Source: Laetmonice hystrix | Taxonomy: Eukaryota | DNA: 64,000 nt | Reading direction: 5' to 3' | Assembly (NCBI GenBank): GCA_965235115.1 | Contig: OZ249442.1 | Span: 19,220,001 to 19,284,000 of the forward strand | In this document: positions 12,266-26,555 of the stretch, piece after piece | Numbering within the stretch: the stretch's first letter is position 1 | How the letters are laid out: every line of letters starts with the position of its first letter | Position numbers and translations under genes: made by a program | The notes under the pieces: model-generated | What the model saw: the letters and a program-made list of their open reading frames with translations, nothing else | The model's database searches: none | Told to the model about the DNA's origin: nothing

Positions 12266-15200
12266 CGATGAACACATTACCTTACTCGGAAACACCAGAA
12301 GACAGGCATGAAAGATCGCCACCATGGCCTAGTTGCATACATACTGCCTACACTCGCATGCTGCTGTTGCCTGCTGGCAGATCAAGTTGACTATGGCGAG
12401 TCGAGCCAGCCAGCACCAAGTAGTACTGTGCTGCCGCGGTGCGCAGCAAAGGGTGTAGTGGCCACTTTTTGTAAGGGACTTCCCACTGGCACTGTGGGCC
12501 TGTGCTCTTGGCCCATCACAGGGGCCTGGTTTGCATCTATTACAATGAGGAGAGGTGCTGGTCTGTTGATTGATCTTGCCACCAGTATGCTTTGTCGCCA
12601 GCTCCATTTGTCATGCCATGTGAGTGCACTGACAGTCGTACTGTGGGGCATGCAGGTCAGCCTGGTCAGCGGATGATGGTCTCCAAACCACTTAAAACTT
12701 CTTTTCCATGTCATGTCTCAATTGAAGCTTTGAATTAAATAATGGCCCTTATGACGTTGGTTTAGGATTTACGACTTCATAATAGAATACGCCAGGTTCT
12801 TTTTCATCGCTACTGGCAGATCATCAAAGCATTTTTGAAAAACAATCTTGTTAAGCCCGTAGGGTTAAAGTCAGCCACCTGTCGGGCAAAAGGTAGATGC
12901 AAAGTTTTTATTTATGTGAATGAAATCCTAAAGGCCGTCCGACGTTTAATGCTAACATTTACATAAGCTCCAAAAAATAATATAATAAAGTTCTATAACT
13001 TCTCCATACATTGTTCCCCGGTAAAGTCATAACACTTAATTGTTCAGTGATGATCTTGAACACACTATGGACATTAAAGGCCCCTGAGATTGTTGTCGTC
13101 CACAGAGAGCATGACCTTGGTACACTGCCAAATTGATAGACCAAGTCCATCGAGTGCCGCTTGACCTGGGTGCCTGCATGTGCCGGAGTCACAGAGGCAG
13201 AAGTCAGCCTGAAATTCCAGGGTTCTCCGCTAACTGTAACGGCCGGCGGCGCACGAAACCTCCGGTCGGCATGCTAATGCTAAACAACCAAATTGCCGAT
13301 GTGTCCAGCTCTTCACCAAGCATCCATGTTGCGCTTTGATTTATTTCCACAAAATCACTTTCCGAACTGCGGATGCCGGAACCCCCCCCCCCCCCCCCAC
13401 ACACACACAGACAGGTAAAAATTACGGGGGGCTCTATCCCCCTGGGCCCATACGGTGAGGCGGTTTTTGGACCTCACGCCCGGTTTACCACCGACCTTTC
13501 AGTCTGTGGGTAACTGAACAATGAACTCAGAGGTCCGGCACATCATCTGAGGTGACATTCAGTAGTCAAGTGAGAAAACCGCAATTTTAACATTTGATGT
13601 ATACTTGATACTGATGTTGGATTGCATGGTGTTGAATGTTAGTTGAGCACATTCCACAGGAGTTAGCCATAGCTGCATCATTTATATGGATGTATCCTGG
13701 CTGCTCAAGGGCAAATTGCCAGTGTCTCCTATGGGTACAGCAAAGCTGTTCAGAGTTGGCTGAGTTTGGGAAATCATTGCACCGCTGATGTCGTCATAGT
13801 GAGTGAGTAGGCCCTTCTGGTGGTTTTACGCCGTGTCTGCATTGAATGTCGTCATATTAACCCCCGATTTAGGTTATAAAAGGAAGCAATTGCGAAAAAT
13901 AGTGAAAAGTAGCAAATGCAATTTTTTTCCTGAAAGGATTAAAGACCTAGAAAATAAGGCAATTCTATACTCTTAAACTTACGCGGAGTTGCTACCTGTT
14001 TACTGCTGTGACAGTAAACTTGAAACGGTCCGTGAGCGATCTGGGGCCTTTACGCTGCAGTTGATAAACGTCAATCGGTTTCCAAAGTGTATCCCTTTAA
14101 GTTTTCATCGAAAACTGATGGTTGGGATTCGGCATGAAGCTCACGATTGGGTTGGATGGAGTCGGAAGCTAAGCATTTGAAAGCGTTAGTCTATGGCTTA
14201 CATGCCCTGGATCACGGGACTCGCTACTCCCAAAAAATCGTACAAGTATAATGCAGCAATTCCGCGGAAAGAAAGATTTTGTCGTCAATCGCTCAGGCCA
14301 GGCGTCGTGCTGTTAGGTTGGCTGCACGGATAGCCGGCTCAGTCCTGGAGTCAAAATGTTTATTGTCCAGATCTTTTGGGGGGACAGATGGAGCTAGATG
14401 GAGCTCATAGCTTTTGCTCCACACTGTTACATGTGAAGCACTCAACATACTTATGTTTTGGCCGATATACATGCAGACGCAGTCAAAAGGACAATGTGAA
14501 TTGAAAAAGTATCTGCAAAAAAGTGTGACATGAGGATGGGATTGTAGCCTGGAATTATTAGATGAAACGCGGGTAAGGTGTCTGGAGCCTGAGCTGAGTG
14601 TTACTTCAGTACTCAAAGGGTGAGATGAGAGTTGGCCTATTGGTAATACAAAGTGGCGTTGTATATTGAGGTTCGTCAGGTGACTTTGGAAAGTGTCGGT
14701 ACGGAGTAGCTGTGACTGCCACGTGTTCCCTCAGGGGAACTGCTGTAACAGGACCCGTATTGGGAAGCATGCATTGCGGCGCAGTGTCCGCCCCTTTGAT
14801 GAGATACAACTGCCTGCACCCGGGCGGCTGGTTCCAGGGTCAGAAAACAATGGCGACCCATTATATGGGTTGTATCCGGCGTTAAAGTTCATAAAATAAT
14901 GTGGGACCAATTATGGGTTCATATTGTAAAGTACATGTTTGAAGGGTGCAGAGTAGGAGGCTGTTGACGAGTTTGACGGGGGTCGCTCTGCGGTCATTGC
15001 ATCTGAAGCGAACTTTCATCAAGTTTGATGTTTTGTGCAAAGGTCCGTAGCTTTATTTCCATGAGGGTTGAATTTCATGGAAAGGTGAAGAGTTTAAAGC
15101 CGTGTTTATGGATACTTCAGGTCTTCCGATGTCAACCAAACTGGTGGGTAGGAATAGAAACAGGCTGGGCAGACGGCCGACCAGTACAAGTCGGTGCAGG

Positions 15201-18200
15201 CCCTGGCAAGTAGGCAGACAGGCAGACACTTGCTCTAAAACCAGCTTCTGCCCCACGATGTACACATTAAACTGCCCACCGGTGCCATGCAGTTGCTGAG
15301 ACAGCCAGGGCCCAGAGGGAATAAAAACAGGGACGACCACAGACCTAGTGCGACAGAAAGCGAGCGTTTGCTGGAGCGAGTGCTGCAACTACGCTCCAGT
15401 CCAAGTCGCCACGCCACCATCAGTGCCAGGCAGGAGAGCCACTGATCCTAGTCCCACCTCCCTCCCCACCCGGTTGATACTGGGAGAAGGCCAGGGTTGT
15501 TCGGTGCAAATGCCACTATCACTTCTGCTGCATTGCCTTGTTTGTGGCCGTCCCGGTCCAGGGTCTGGACCTAGGCTGCTCTCCTTGTATTAATTGTCTG
15601 AGCCGCGGGAGTGCAGTTGCTGAGTGCATAAGCTTTACCAGTGTTCCCCCTGGCTGTACCAGCTCTGGACTAGCAGGACTAGCTTGCGTAGTTTAGCAAT
15701 GCACAGGTTTGACATGTTTACCGTAGTCAAGCAGGCGTTGCGGCCTCTCTGTCTCTCTGGCCCCTGGTGGTAATTGATGACCCAACGAGCGGTGCTGTGA
15801 CACTGTGCAGGCTTTTTTCCCTGGCTGATGTGTACTGTACTCCGGGATTGTTCTTTGTCCTGACAGATTCTGCCAGTCGCCATTGCTCCTATAGGCTATA
15901 GTGGCATGTTTTGTTTGTTTTGAGGGGAGGGAGAAGGGGCTCTGACCCATGTAAAGGCAGGAGCAATCTCTGAATAGAATAAAGCAATGTTTTAGTTGGA
16001 TAGTAGAAAGGAAACAAAAAGTTTCACATAGTAGTAGATATGCCTTTGTATCCTTGTTTATTGAATGACGAACAAGATATGTCGTTGTTTGCATTGATAC
16101 GTTGCCTGCTTGAAATACTTAAATTCTAGACGCCGTGACCTTAACCTGATTTGACCTGGCTTCAGATCCTCTGGTAAGATCCTGGAAGGACTGTTTCCCG
16201 TCTGCAGTCCACTGATGGTTCTTCATATAGATTTGCAATGCATTGAGACCTTGATCTTAACAGCTGGTTGTCGAGTCACTGCTGGCTAAGGCCCATCATT
16301 TACACAGTTATCATTCTACTGATGCCTGATATTTGATAATACCAATGCCGCCCCCACCTCCATCTCAGCCAGTCGACATGACATGCTGGTATTATTCAGC
16401 ATTATGGCCAGCTCTTTCTGCTCGTCTTTGAAGTACCCTTATTTGGTTGAATTCGAATCATGGAAACTCTAAAACGATTAAAGAAAGTAGGATACTGAAC
16501 AAAAGGTAATTGAGATCGCGTATAGTGTATATACAAGGACGATTTGTTTATTCTCTTGTTGTCATGTAAGATATCAGATTATACACCAAGCAGCCTGAAG
16601 TTACACTCTAGATTTCGTGTGCAGCGGCGATAATTTCTTTTGGTGCCAGCAAGCGGGCAGAAATACTCGAAAAAAAGTATTCTTCCACCACGTTTAAAAG
16701 AGCAGAAGGCAGCCACTATTTATGATTTCCAGTGGATAGACACGTAACACCGTTTCCCACGCTGACTATGACAGTGGCCATGGACGCCATCTGCATGCAG
16801 TCAGAGCTGACCCCCCCCCCCCCCCCCCCAACTCAGCCCATGATCGATGAGTTGGGACGGGAGTGAAAAGCATTGGCTCCAGAGGCAACAGGTGATTTTC
16901 TGCAGCCGGCTGTGACATACAGTACTTCCATCTGATCTTGCTGAGCATACCGTCCTACTGACTCATTAAAAAGCCAAACACCGTAATGCATTCGGCGACC
17001 TGCCGCCTGGGGTGGGGGCGGTGTTCAGTGGTCGCACGGAGCGGGAGATCTGCGCACAGAACAGGTGGTAGAAGCGCGCCACAGGCCGGTGATGCCGTCC
17101 CTGCGACTCCACCCAAATAAACTCAGCCACTGGGCGTTGTATGTGGGTCACTGCTGGGCGGATTCATCAGAGGAAATGAACGGATTAACCGAAACAGAGT
17201 ATGTCCTTGAACGTAACTCATGTCCTTGAACGCTTTTCTTTCAGTTCCTGTCGCAGTAAACTTGAAAGCAATTTCATGAACATCTTTTTCTCATTATACT
17301 TTGACAAGCCTGGATGTCCCTGATCTCAATTACTGAGTTTAGATTATCCACTGCCTGTCCGCATACTATTTCTAGACATTTTCAAGATTCATTAGTAAAT
17401 TAGTGGAGTTTGATTAATTAACCTTACATAAGTAGATCTATGTAGCTCTAATAGTCCCCCCCCCCCCCCTTGGCAGAGGGTTTCCCGAAGTATTCAGGAG
17501 CAGGGACTAAAAGCTGTGGTCCCGCACCGAGACATCTCATTCCATCATTTGGTTCCCCAGTCAGTGCAAGGTTCGGGGATTACCCAAATATCTGCAGCAG
17601 CGACCATACATGGCTAAATTATTCCAGACATTAGCTTCACTGTATGATCTCCGAAGAGTAGGTACGAAGGGTAGAGCTAGCTCCATGATCAGCCATAACC
17701 TGGCTGATAGTGGCAATTGTGGTCGTATTGCAAGTTAGTGCCCAGGCAGAGCCTCCTGGCTGGTGATGAATATTCATGAGCTCATTGTATGCAGAGAGTT
17801 CCAGCGACCAGAAGAGGAGGAACATGGTGTGTGTCAGCAGGCCGGGTCAGAGGGAACATCGGCACACAGCCACGCTCCAGACAGAACCGAGCCGGCCTGC
17901 AGCATGGCCCCGATGTCCCACGCAGGCGGTCTGATCTGTATATCAGTCATGGAGGGATACGGCACGCCTGGCTCTAACACAGTCCATTGTATCGGCTAGT
18001 CGCCGGGGCCAACTGGACAGTGGGGACGGACCAGTTTGGCCTGTTGCGCGGCCTCCGCAGCTTGTGAGACAGCAGAATGTTTGGGCTGTCCCGGCAGCAG
18101 TGGTGGTGGTGGGCGGCGCCAGTAACTGTGGTGGTGGTAATGGTGGATGGCAGGCTGCAGCAGTTGGCAGGCAGACCTGGGTGCGGTTCGCAGTCCAACT

Positions 18201-21169
18201 TTGCCACCCAACCAACTGTTGCTGCTTCAGGGGTCATCATGTCATTACTGGGCCTCAGTGCCTATGGCAACAGCAGTGTCGTGACAACAGCGGTGTCATA
18301 ATAACAGCATTACTTTGGCAACGGTCATACTGGAATAGCCAAGGTCATCAGAGTTTGAGTTCGTATCACCGTAAAGTCCTCAAGGCTGAGAACAGAATTG
18401 TTTGGACGGTCATCAACCCAAACCGAATGCACCCCGATGTAGCAATGAACTGAACTAATAAAACTCCTAGTAACTTTTCGACTGATTCTAATGCATGCAG
18501 TTCGTCTGAGTGTAAGTCTAACATAGCTTTGTCCTTGACAGCTGGGTCAGTAAGCAGATGAGGAATGCAGATTTAAGAAGATGTTGAATGTAGCAGCCAG
18601 GGAGACTGGCCACAGCGTACGGTATGCGGCACACGTTTATGCCTGTTCTTAAAGGATCAGGTAACCGGACCTCGGGGGGGGGGGGATAAACTGCGGTCCA
18701 GGAATTTTCTTTTCAAGAAATAACTTAGGACAAACAAAGTTTGTAAACTGGGGATATAATAAGAAATTCCCACCGGCTCTTTTGCATTGATATTTCTATG
18801 AGGTATGACATCAATCTGCCCGCAAGCTGCCTTCTCTTGAAGTAAAAAGAACGATGCTTTTATTATACTGCACGGATGCTTTACTCGAGAAAGTTTGTGA
18901 ATTTCAAGATGGGGACCATTGCAAGCTTTACCGCTGGTAGTCTGTGGTTGTTAAACTGACTGATATATGCCATGTCTCATTGAGTCTCATTGGCTTCGTG
19001 GTAAATCTGTCTTCCCAAAGCTTAGTGATATCCTTTTTCTCTTTAGAACTGTAAGCGTATAAAGTTTCCTGTTGGATCAGACCTACATGTATGTGTAGCC
19101 GGCAGGAGGATGGGGGCAGAGACCAAACTTGGAGTGGGAGGGGGGCGGCGGGGTCGGAGTTGGGCAGCAATGCTCACGCTGTAGTCTGAGGTCATTTGTA
19201 TTCCATGTTGTGCGGGATGGCAGCTCTGATGGATGAGTGCTGCTGATCTGCGAACATTGGAGCGGGTGGGAGAGGGGGAGGAGGAAAGTCAGACAGACAT
19301 AGTCGGACCGGCGGATAGGGATATCGGCCAGGTAAGCAGAGGACAGTCATTTTTCCTGTCAATAAACTTGGCTGCTTCCTATTGGTTGCTAAGTGCTGCC
19401 CTTGTTTCCATGGCTGCAGTTGTTGCTTCAGCCTGAAACTGCGACACGGATGCGATGGAGGTGGTGACACATTAATGCGCAGATATGTCATACTCTCACC
19501 ACTACCACATTAGCCAGAAAACATGCTGAGAGTCCCGCGAATACAGTGGTGGCCAGCCCGACTCATTATCAGTATGACATGACCAAACATGAAACCAGGA
19601 CAGCAGCAGCGACTCAATGTTTAGGTCACACTGTTTGGTGTGCAGTAGTTGGGAGGCATTCTGAAAGCGCTTGAAAGGCCCCATTGCTACAATTGGCGGC
19701 TGCCAGACTTAAATAAAAGTTTGCCCAGCTGTGTCTGGCTGTCGAGTAAACATCGATCCTTGAGGTGCGATTTGAGGAGCAGTGCAAGCGCTCTGTGACA
19801 ATACTTGCGCCACCTTTTGTTATCAGGTCACACATCGGGGATGAACTGACAAAAAGTGCAATACCATGGGCATGACGTGAATGCCGGAGTACCTGGCTTG
19901 TAGAAGGGCTGTGCTGGGCCCTCCCTCCTTTCGCCCTGGGCCCTGGTGTTTGGCCAGGTCCGACATTGTGATGACTGCCTGAGAGGCGTGGCTTATTGGC
20001 CTGGTGTGTTAGCATGTAGCCGGGGCTGAGGCATGGCACCACAGCCTCTGTTACTGTCAGCATAATCCTTGTGTGTCGCACAGCCCGAGGCTATGATAAG
20101 GTAGCATGAGGTAGCCTGAGTGGGAATACTGATGGGTCAGCACAGCCAGCCAGCCAGACCAGGCCAGGCGACAGCATGATAGGCACAGCACGCTGCTAAA
20201 CAGTACAGCACAGTAACAGCGCAGTAGCCGTTGGTGGGCCTCTTAATTCTGGTGGACTGGTGGCAGCTGGTCACAGCCTGGGACATCAGACAAATGTCAT
20301 GCTCTACGGCTGCCAGTATCCATTGTCTGCAAAGTAGGGGTCCCCAGCGCGGCAGTGGTTGGTTGGATCACTGGAGTTCTGGCAACCATAGCGGCAGTGG
20401 GCATGTGAAGCGGCGCTCTGATGTCACTGCCCGCCCACATCCTGCTGGGAAGTTCAACATGATGTTATCAAGCCTGATCGCCTGTTGATGACACGGGTGT
20501 GCAGGTCAGCTGGAGAGAGGAGGTAGTCAGCAGTTAGATTCCCAACATCACGGACACCGGTTGAGTCGCTGGTGACCGCCGCACCTTTGGTAAAAGTGAG
20601 ATCAAGTTCTACGCCTCCCCTACCTCCAGGGCGGTGAGGTTTGATTGAAGTCGAAGGTGGTTTCTCAACACAGGACAAGTGAGCTAACCAGCCAGCAAGA
20701 ATGGGTTCTCAGTGCGAGGTGTTTTGTGTAAGTTCAGTTTTGTTTATGGGCTTTTGGTTCTGCTTGTCAGCGGTCGTGAATCAGCAGAACAAGGATGGAG
20801 GTGTCTGAGATCATGGGACAGAGCGTCGGTCGGTGGGTCGGTGTGTTTGTTGGCAGCTGAGGCAGGCGGGAGGGCGGGCGGCCCGGCAGGCAGGCACCGG
20901 CGGCGGTGGCAGTCTCCTCCGGTGTCCTGCCACCACCACCACCGCCACCTCCTCCTCATCCTAGTACCGACCCACTAACCACGTGGCTGGCTCACTGATG
21001 GATGGTTGGCCTGGACATGACAGCCTTCCTGCTCACATCTGGTGACATGTCCGCCCGGTGGGGAATGTGCCAACTCGGCTTGGCCAGCATCCTAGAGACA
21101 TCAGCAGGCCTGTCTCTAGGTCATCACTCAAGCCTTTCTTCACGCCTCTGTTTCAGGTATCCTGTGTAT

Positions 21170-21226
21170 TCATCTGTGATGACGTCTTCCTATCCCCGTC
21201 ATCTGTGATGACGTCTTCCTATCCCC
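21170..21226. repeat. 29-bp direct tandem duplication
   Basis: TCATCTGTGATGACGTCTTCCTATCCCC(G), two copies. Confidence 0.9.
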
Positions 21227-24200
21227 CGCCCCCGTAATCACATACATGTACACACCTTTAATTCCTTTCAAAGACAAAGAGCACAGGAGAAACTTGGTTT
21301 AATTTTCAGACACCTGTTACATTAGTTTTATATACTACAATAGACAATTGATGTGAGTAAAATGGCGAAGGGAGAAAGGGGGCAATTCTATAGTGGGATA
21401 TAGTATCAGTAAGATAATTTTTTTCTGGTTTACTGGTGATCTGAAATGCAAGGCAAAATTGAATTAAAGAAAAAAGATGGGGGGGGGGATCTATATATAA
21501 TATAATATGTATGTATAGAGGTCTGTTGTTGACCCCTGGTGACCTCAAGCCATAATTACAGCATCAGGCTTTGTCCTCCACAGATGCAATGTTGTTGACT
21601 TGCACACATGCAACCCTTGAAATCATCAGTATGATTGACAACATCGATCGCCAGAAAGCCAAGGAGAAAACGGCACAATGGGTACAAAGGTTTACAAACC
21701 TCGATATTGACATGTGCTGCAAAATTGTCCAAGTATATTAATATTTGTTTGGAGGTTTTAGGTTACACTACAAGGAATATATTTTGGATTTCCACTATTA
21801 TAATTCATTTTAATAGCATCGAACTTGTGAATTTTGTCATGGCAATTGACTGCAAGATAGTCTTGAAAGCATCTTTGTGCCGACACATTTAAACTAGTAT
21901 TTACCAGTTACATCTGACCTTCTTATCTACAGACACCAAAGAAATACCATTCCTACTGATAAAATGAAACAAGTGAGAACATGCCACCTGGTTTAGTTTA
22001 CCTACAAATGGCTCTTCCTGTGGCCCGCAGTCCTTGCAATGGACCGGACTACAAATGCTTGCTGAACCGGGCACCTGTTTTACCTTTAGTCAATGGCTGG
22101 CCCAGCAATCTAGCCTACTTCATGGTCCAAAGGTGTGCCCAGAGACACCTACTGGTGTATATTCATCATATTTACATTGACACATGGACACGGTCCTTTC
22201 TAATATACAACTGGCTGGCAGTTGTTCTGGTAAATCAGAACGCTAACCACCATCTTCTTGGTAATGTCTGATAAAGTCAAGTTCAAAACAGAGGGTTCAA
22301 ATGTTAAAATTGAATGAAAGTTACCTGTATCATCAGCCTACGTAATCGACCAAAGAAGGTTGAGTGATTATTCTGCCATAGAAGAGCTTAATTATTAAGC
22401 ACATCATGATTTTTAAAGAATCATTGCGAACGTTTAATGTTTCCGAGGTGTCATAAATACGTTGCATGGTTTGCCTGCTTTAGGTTAATTTAGACTTCCT
22501 TTATACGCTAAAGCTGTCTTTGAACATGGCGGTTGGAATGCCTGCCACAACATGTCCAGCATGTATTGGTATGTTTCTTTTCGCTGAAGACTAGGTCATG
22601 CTGAGTTGTTTCTGAAGAAATGCAGCTAACAGCTGTCATTGAGATTGAACCGAATTCGGCTTGAACCGGCCAACCAGCTAACAATCGGCACAATCTATGT
22701 CGTTGGCATCTGTGACTATCACATGACCCGTTATAAGCCTTGTGGACTCTGACCAGATCTACAGACCACCTTGCTGATCAGAGACCCGAAGTTGCCTTCT
22801 GCTTGGGGCGCTGCGGTCATTTGTATGAATTACTTATCAGGTGCTGAGGCCATGACAGGCCAGTGGTGACCTCAGAGAAGTGACCCGAAGTGAAGGGGTT
22901 CGGGCGGTTAGATTACTTGATCCCCACAGAGTGAATCTGGCCTTGCCCAGTCCCTAAAATATTTTGGCAACGCGGCCAGCATTTATGACCTTGCCTTCTG
23001 GAGCAGTCGTGGGGACCATTTGAATAAGTGCTCTCGGCAAAAAGTGTTGTCATGGACCCCTCTGTATCTGACTCGACTGCTGGATTCCTGTCATTCTCCG
23101 TTTTTGGCTGTACTGAGTGACCATAAACCGCTCGCTCTCCGGCTCCCTTGCCTGCATTTCATCAGTGCTTGACTGGAGAGGCCGACATCATGTGATCACA
23201 CAGACATGTGTTACCCAGCCAGGCGACAGGTTCTGGTCCAACAGGCTGAGTGGGGGGAGGGGGCTGTTGGTAATGGTGCAGTGTCTGAAAAGTCTATCGA
23301 ATTGTTGGGGGGAAGACAAGCACTAAGATATGCATTTGAGAACGGTGTACGGGATCTGTTGTCATGCTGGCCCCGAGCGTAGCGGTATCCTGGTCGGTAT
23401 TTACGGGTCCCCCTCCCACCCACCCGCCTTCAGTCGTATCACCTCGTGGGCACCCCTCCGTATTGGTTCATGTGGCGGGCCTAGCATGTCCTCCGCCTGC
23501 AGTAAACACTCGCAGCCGGTGCGCTCGCTGTGTGCAGGCAGGCAGTCACCAACTGGTGCAAGCCAGCCCAAAGCTCAAGAGGACCTGGCAGGCAACTATC
23601 AGAGCCAATACCTGAGGTCAAGCCAGGCCTAGATCTGCCCATGAGATCTGCCTAGATACGGAGAGCTGACGGTGTTATTGGTGCCCTAAAACACAGACGT
23701 ACTGCTCGCGCACTCAGGCTTTGCTCTTGTCTTTATCACAGCCGACAGCAACAAGCCTTGCCAAACTTTGACAAATCAAACATGTGCCTTCATATAAAAG
23801 GTGAGTCCAGTGATGTGTGTACAAAGTTGATTGTGTGGGCACACTGCACGACATACACATTTCTGTTTTAGTATATCATGCACATACCAGTGGCAGGGTT
23901 GATCCCTGACACTGCACGCGGGTGAGAGTAGCACAATGACAAGATATCCTCCAGGCTCACTGAACACCACTGGCCATTGGTCACATCGGTCCGGCCTTGG
24001 TTTCAAGGAGTCGGCGGGTGGTGTTTATAGCAATTAACAGTTGGCAGCAGCTGGTTGCTTACAGTGTATGATCAACCCTTGCCGCTGTCCCTTCAGGCAC
24101 TCGCCTGAGGCCAATATCTCAGGACTTTTGCTCATGTGATAGATCAAAGATGGCGTGACTCTGTATATCCTGGTCGGAATCCGGATAGATTGGTCTGCAT

Positions 24201-24246
24201 GCTTGGCATCGTCGAAAACGTGAAAATTTGAAATTTTTACGAAAAG

Positions 24247-24500
24247 TTTTTTTTTGCGTAATATAAAGATGTGGCGGAATTACGATGATGCACTTTTTAA
24301 ACAGACTTTATCAAAACTAATCCTAAACCATCGTGCATTATGCCCGAATTTGAAATGAACTGAGTAATCGTCAATCGAAGCAGATAAGGTTTTTTGCGTG
24401 ATAGAAAGTTGTGGCGGAATTACGATAGCCCACATTTTAGGCATACTTTATCAAAACGAATCCTAAGCCGTTGTGCATTATGCCGGAATTTGAATTGAAC
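24247..24500. repeat. Diverged tandem duplication, 140-bp period
   Basis: GTGGCGGAATTACGAT occurs at 24271 and 24411. ACTTTATCAAAAC.AATCCTAA and GTGCATTATGCC.GAATTTGAA.TGAAC are present in both copies. Confidence 0.85.
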
Positions 24501-26446
24501 GTATGGAACCAGTGAACAATTGATGAAAAAACGTCATAAGGCAATTGGGTGCAGTGTATTGTCATTGTAAAGTGAATCTGTTTTTCAGTATGTAACAGAT
24601 GTCACCCTTTGTCTCAGAGACATATAAGGTTGACACTGGGTGGATTATCTTTTGCCATCTTTTGTACATTCGGGAGGGAAAGCGCCATCATAGGGAGAAA
24701 AACAGAAAGGAACTCGAACCTCAAACATAACAGAAATTTTACACTATACGTTTTGAGAGGACATATTTTCCAAGGTAAGGGGGGCTACTTGATCAACTCT
24801 TTGAGATGTTTTTAACTCACCTTTTCCATTCGAGACGATATTCTCAGCAATGACCGATGACTGATTCCACTTTCGCTCCAACCATCCCTTTTGTTAAACT
24901 CCCGGACCTTATGATATGGGAGACCTCTGTCTTCCGTGACCGTTTCATCAACTCCACTTATCAGCGTTATATAACCCGCTGTCGCCTTCAGCGTTGGTGT
25001 GGACCGTTGGTAGGGGTTCGGCGCCGGCGCCGAAGCTGCATCCGCAAGGTGCAGGACGGCAATACTGCCCACAGTCTGGGAATTACGGGTAGTGCTTTAA
25101 TGGGGACAATTGAAGAATTGGCCATTGGTCCGGGCTGTGGCTGTCCAAGTTCAACGGTTTAATCCCTCCTATTTGTGAACGACGGGCGCAGCTATTTTCC
25201 CGCTGGTAGATGGGCAAGGGATGCTGTGGCCAGCTCTCAAGTCATCAGCACCCTCATCAGCGGGTTCTCCTCCGCCGATCGGAACTTTCCCAGGGGGTCT
25301 GACCAGTGAGTCTGGTGGCCCATCTGTCAACAATGTTGGCGAGTCCTAGAGGTCCATCTTTGTTAACGAAATTGAGTAATAAGGGGCCTCTTCTCATCAA
25401 TTGGGGGGGGGGGGGGCGTTGGTGAGAGTCAAACGGTTCTTTTGACTGTCCAGTCTGCATGGGCCACGTGACTCCCTGAATCCAAGGTGGTAGCCATGGA
25501 AACCACCCTTTTCATTGACAGAACTTCAAACTTAGTAACTACACACCCACGAACCCCAAATCGCTGCATTAGTTTCATCCAGTAATCGTGATGTCACCCG
25601 CAAAGCTCTGTATGTAAGGTGTGGCGGCACAGGTCCGTTTTAGTTGATGCCCGAGTTCGCCCGCCTGGTTCTGACGCCAGGGCTGCCAGCCGTGAAAGCG
25701 CTGGGCTGTCTTGCTGGGGGATCCACAGACTCCACTACATTGTGCGTTCTCCGTGCCAGAATAATGAGTCACTGGCTGAAACACATGGCTGACACCTCCC
25801 ACTCGACCCAGTGTAGGACGGTCACAATAGAGAGGAGGGACTGGAAAACTTTCTTGGTTCTCAGTGTCTGGGCAGGTGGCCTAATTAATTAAGCAGTCAC
25901 CTTTCAAGTCCCTGGCTTACTTACTTGCAACAGAAAAAGTTGTGGGCTCATGTGATGTTTGCAAGTTGAATGCTGTTTGTCTGTCGCAGTTATCATTTCC
26001 TTTTGGATCATCAAAGAGCACGAATAATCTATTCCGCTGAAAATACTTACTTAAAACTAGCACAATGCCAGACTCGCTGCCAAATAGATTATTTACCATA
26101 CATCTGTAATTGTTCACTGTTTCAGATTTAGTCTAGCTGCCTGCAGTTTTTTTTTTTTCATTGAAACTGTCATAACTCTTGCCGAGTTTCTTGTATTACA
26201 TGGTACGATGATCGCTGCCACTTGTTCAGCACAGAATGTAATAACTACACAGCTGGTCATGATCATCCTTTAAACGCATGGCTCGATGGAGACAATTTTG
26301 TTGGAGTATATTTGAAGCAATATTTGGTTTCTGCAGTACTATAAGCATCATGGCATGTCTGTTTGGTGACGGTCAGAGAAATGTTAGCGATAGTAGTTCT
26401 TCAATTGTCACTTGTCACGGTGCCCAATGTGTAAATAAATGTATAT

Positions 26447-26555
26447 CGGTGGGGGGATACAGTCACAATCAAATCATGCCGAATGTAGCGAGGCTAAAAT
26501 TCTATTTAGATGCCCCCCCCCCCTCCACTCGATCAAAATCCTGGATCCCCCACTG
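26447..26555. mobile_element. Degenerate short MITE
   Basis: Left end CGGTGGGGGGATACAG versus right end (reverse complement) CAGTGGGGGATCCAG. Flanks atgtatat and ataaatat match 6 of 8. Confidence 0.35.

Noticed and set aside
14907-14916. Single CArG box CCAATTATGG, plus scattered E-box and Su(H)-like sites
   Set aside because: Isolated short motifs are expected by chance in 27 kb.
18649-18670. TTAA-AGGATCAGG Kolobok-like left end (similar one at about 62537)
   Set aside because: No matching right terminus found.
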